This document shows, one piece after another, positions 62,666 to 64,000 of a DNA stretch of 64,000 nucleotides. Below the pieces are notes generated by a model. The model saw only the letters and a program-made list of their open reading frames with translations. It was not told the origin of the DNA and did no database searches. The stretch lies in contig CM119372.1 in NCBI GenBank assembly GCA_051294905.1, forward strand, positions 5,706,001-5,770,000, written 5' to 3'. Source of the stretch: Botryllus schlosseri. Lineage: Eukaryota. The position numbers were made by a program, and so were the translations under genes. Position 1 is the stretch's first letter. Each line of letters opens with the position of its first letter.

Positions 62666-64000
62666 GTACGTTCCTTTTATGATACGAGCATTTCGATCAT
62701 GCTGTGGTATGCTCACAGCAATCGCGCTCCGCATTGGGGATAGTGTGAACGAGAGGTTCACGTTCGCGTTGGATTCGTGAGCCTCATAAATTTAGAGGTT
62801 CGCGTTTGCCACCGAACCTTAGTGGGTTCTACACTCGGAACCGTTTTCATTTATTACAAATTTCCACGTCATTACAACATCTTTGGTTGGAATTATTTAC
62901 ATTTCAACATGGGACCACTCTCTGTCTGCATGGGCAGAATGATTAGAAACCAAGCACTAAACGAGCATGCACCTGGCCAATTTCAAATAGTTCATTTGCT
63001 TTGTTAGAAACGTTTGCTCGAAATAATCAGCTTTCCGTTTCTGAATATTTAGTGACTTCCTGCTGTGGCCCGCAATCACACAACATCAAGATGTAAATAT
63101 ATTACATGTAGCTATAATCGCTGTTAAACTATGCTTAAACAACGAAATTGATTGAATGCATCGTTGTCTAATGTAAAAAGTCTATAGCAGACCTATACGG
63201 GATGTATCTTGATATACGAAATTTATTGTATCATAAATACTGAATCCGTCCGATTGGAGTCTTGGCTGCTGTATATCTTGTTTTTGAGGCAATGTCTGGT
63301 ACAAGTATACAGACCGTCATTTTATATCTGAGTACAATGGCATAATGTGGCCTGAGTCGTCGCTAGATATCGTGTAATATATTAGTCCACGGGAATGTAG
63401 AGTTGAATTAGCATTATGACGTCCGGTGACATAATTGGTTCGTGGTCATGTTTGCTTTCACATAGGCTACCACCATTCAAATACTTTATTAATGCTTTAG
63501 TGTTGCTCACCGTAAGTGGAATTGAACAAATTCTGGTCAACAATTTGCACGACTCGGAAAAAATAGATAGCCTACTTATTTGCCCATCGATATCTTGAAG
63601 CGTTCTGGATATCCCCGTTATTTACCGAGATAGCCATTTCGAAAGTAAGGCAAACAACTAATTACTTCTCTGTTACGCAATTACATATTTGCCCGATTAT
63701 GCAATTCCATTCGGGCCATACTTCGTAGGGGGCTGATGCGACCTATCAATTTTAGATTCTCTCCACACGTACGTCATTGAAATCATAACATTTTGACTGT
63801 TATAATGCGTATCTTATTATTCCCGCAATGGACTTCTATATTTGTATTATGCATCCGTTGAATATTATAGACCTGGCAGGTAATTTCTGTCTTCAGGATC
63901 GGCGAATAACGTAGCCGTTTCTGCGACAAATGAAAATTCAACCGAAGCATTGTGCGTGTCACCAACAGAGTACCCTGTGACGTGGGAGTTCGGGGGCATC

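Overview
AT-rich eukaryotic (animal) genomic DNA with GT-AG introns and a very dense load of nested hAT/MITE DNA transposons, Penelope-like and LINE remnants. A tunicate-like marine invertebrate is a guess from sequence style only. Most ORFs in the supplied track are spurious; the real coding content is split into exons. Gene 1 (+ strand, 5' end outside the window, 1133-49465) is a modular type-I membrane protein whose internal exons are all symmetric phase-1: one Ig-like exon, one Ser/Thr exon, a tandem array of 26 intron+exon units encoding 32-33 aa mucin-like repeats (23 intact), and eight Sushi/CCP exons. A terminal transmembrane exon ends in a 2-residue tail (RR*). If every intact exon is used, about 1,470 aa are encoded inside the window. 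All eight Sushi exons lie in a 14.8-kb block (31633-46420) bounded by the outer TIRs of two copies of one hAT MITE and a shared 8-bp duplication (GATGTATG), suggesting transposon-mediated exon shuffling. Gene 2 (+ strand) starts at 60747 with a signal-peptide exon and an Ig-like exon (62339-62665) and runs off the window; it is possibly a tandem paralog. Exon models are read by eye from splice signals and frame, with no transcript evidence.
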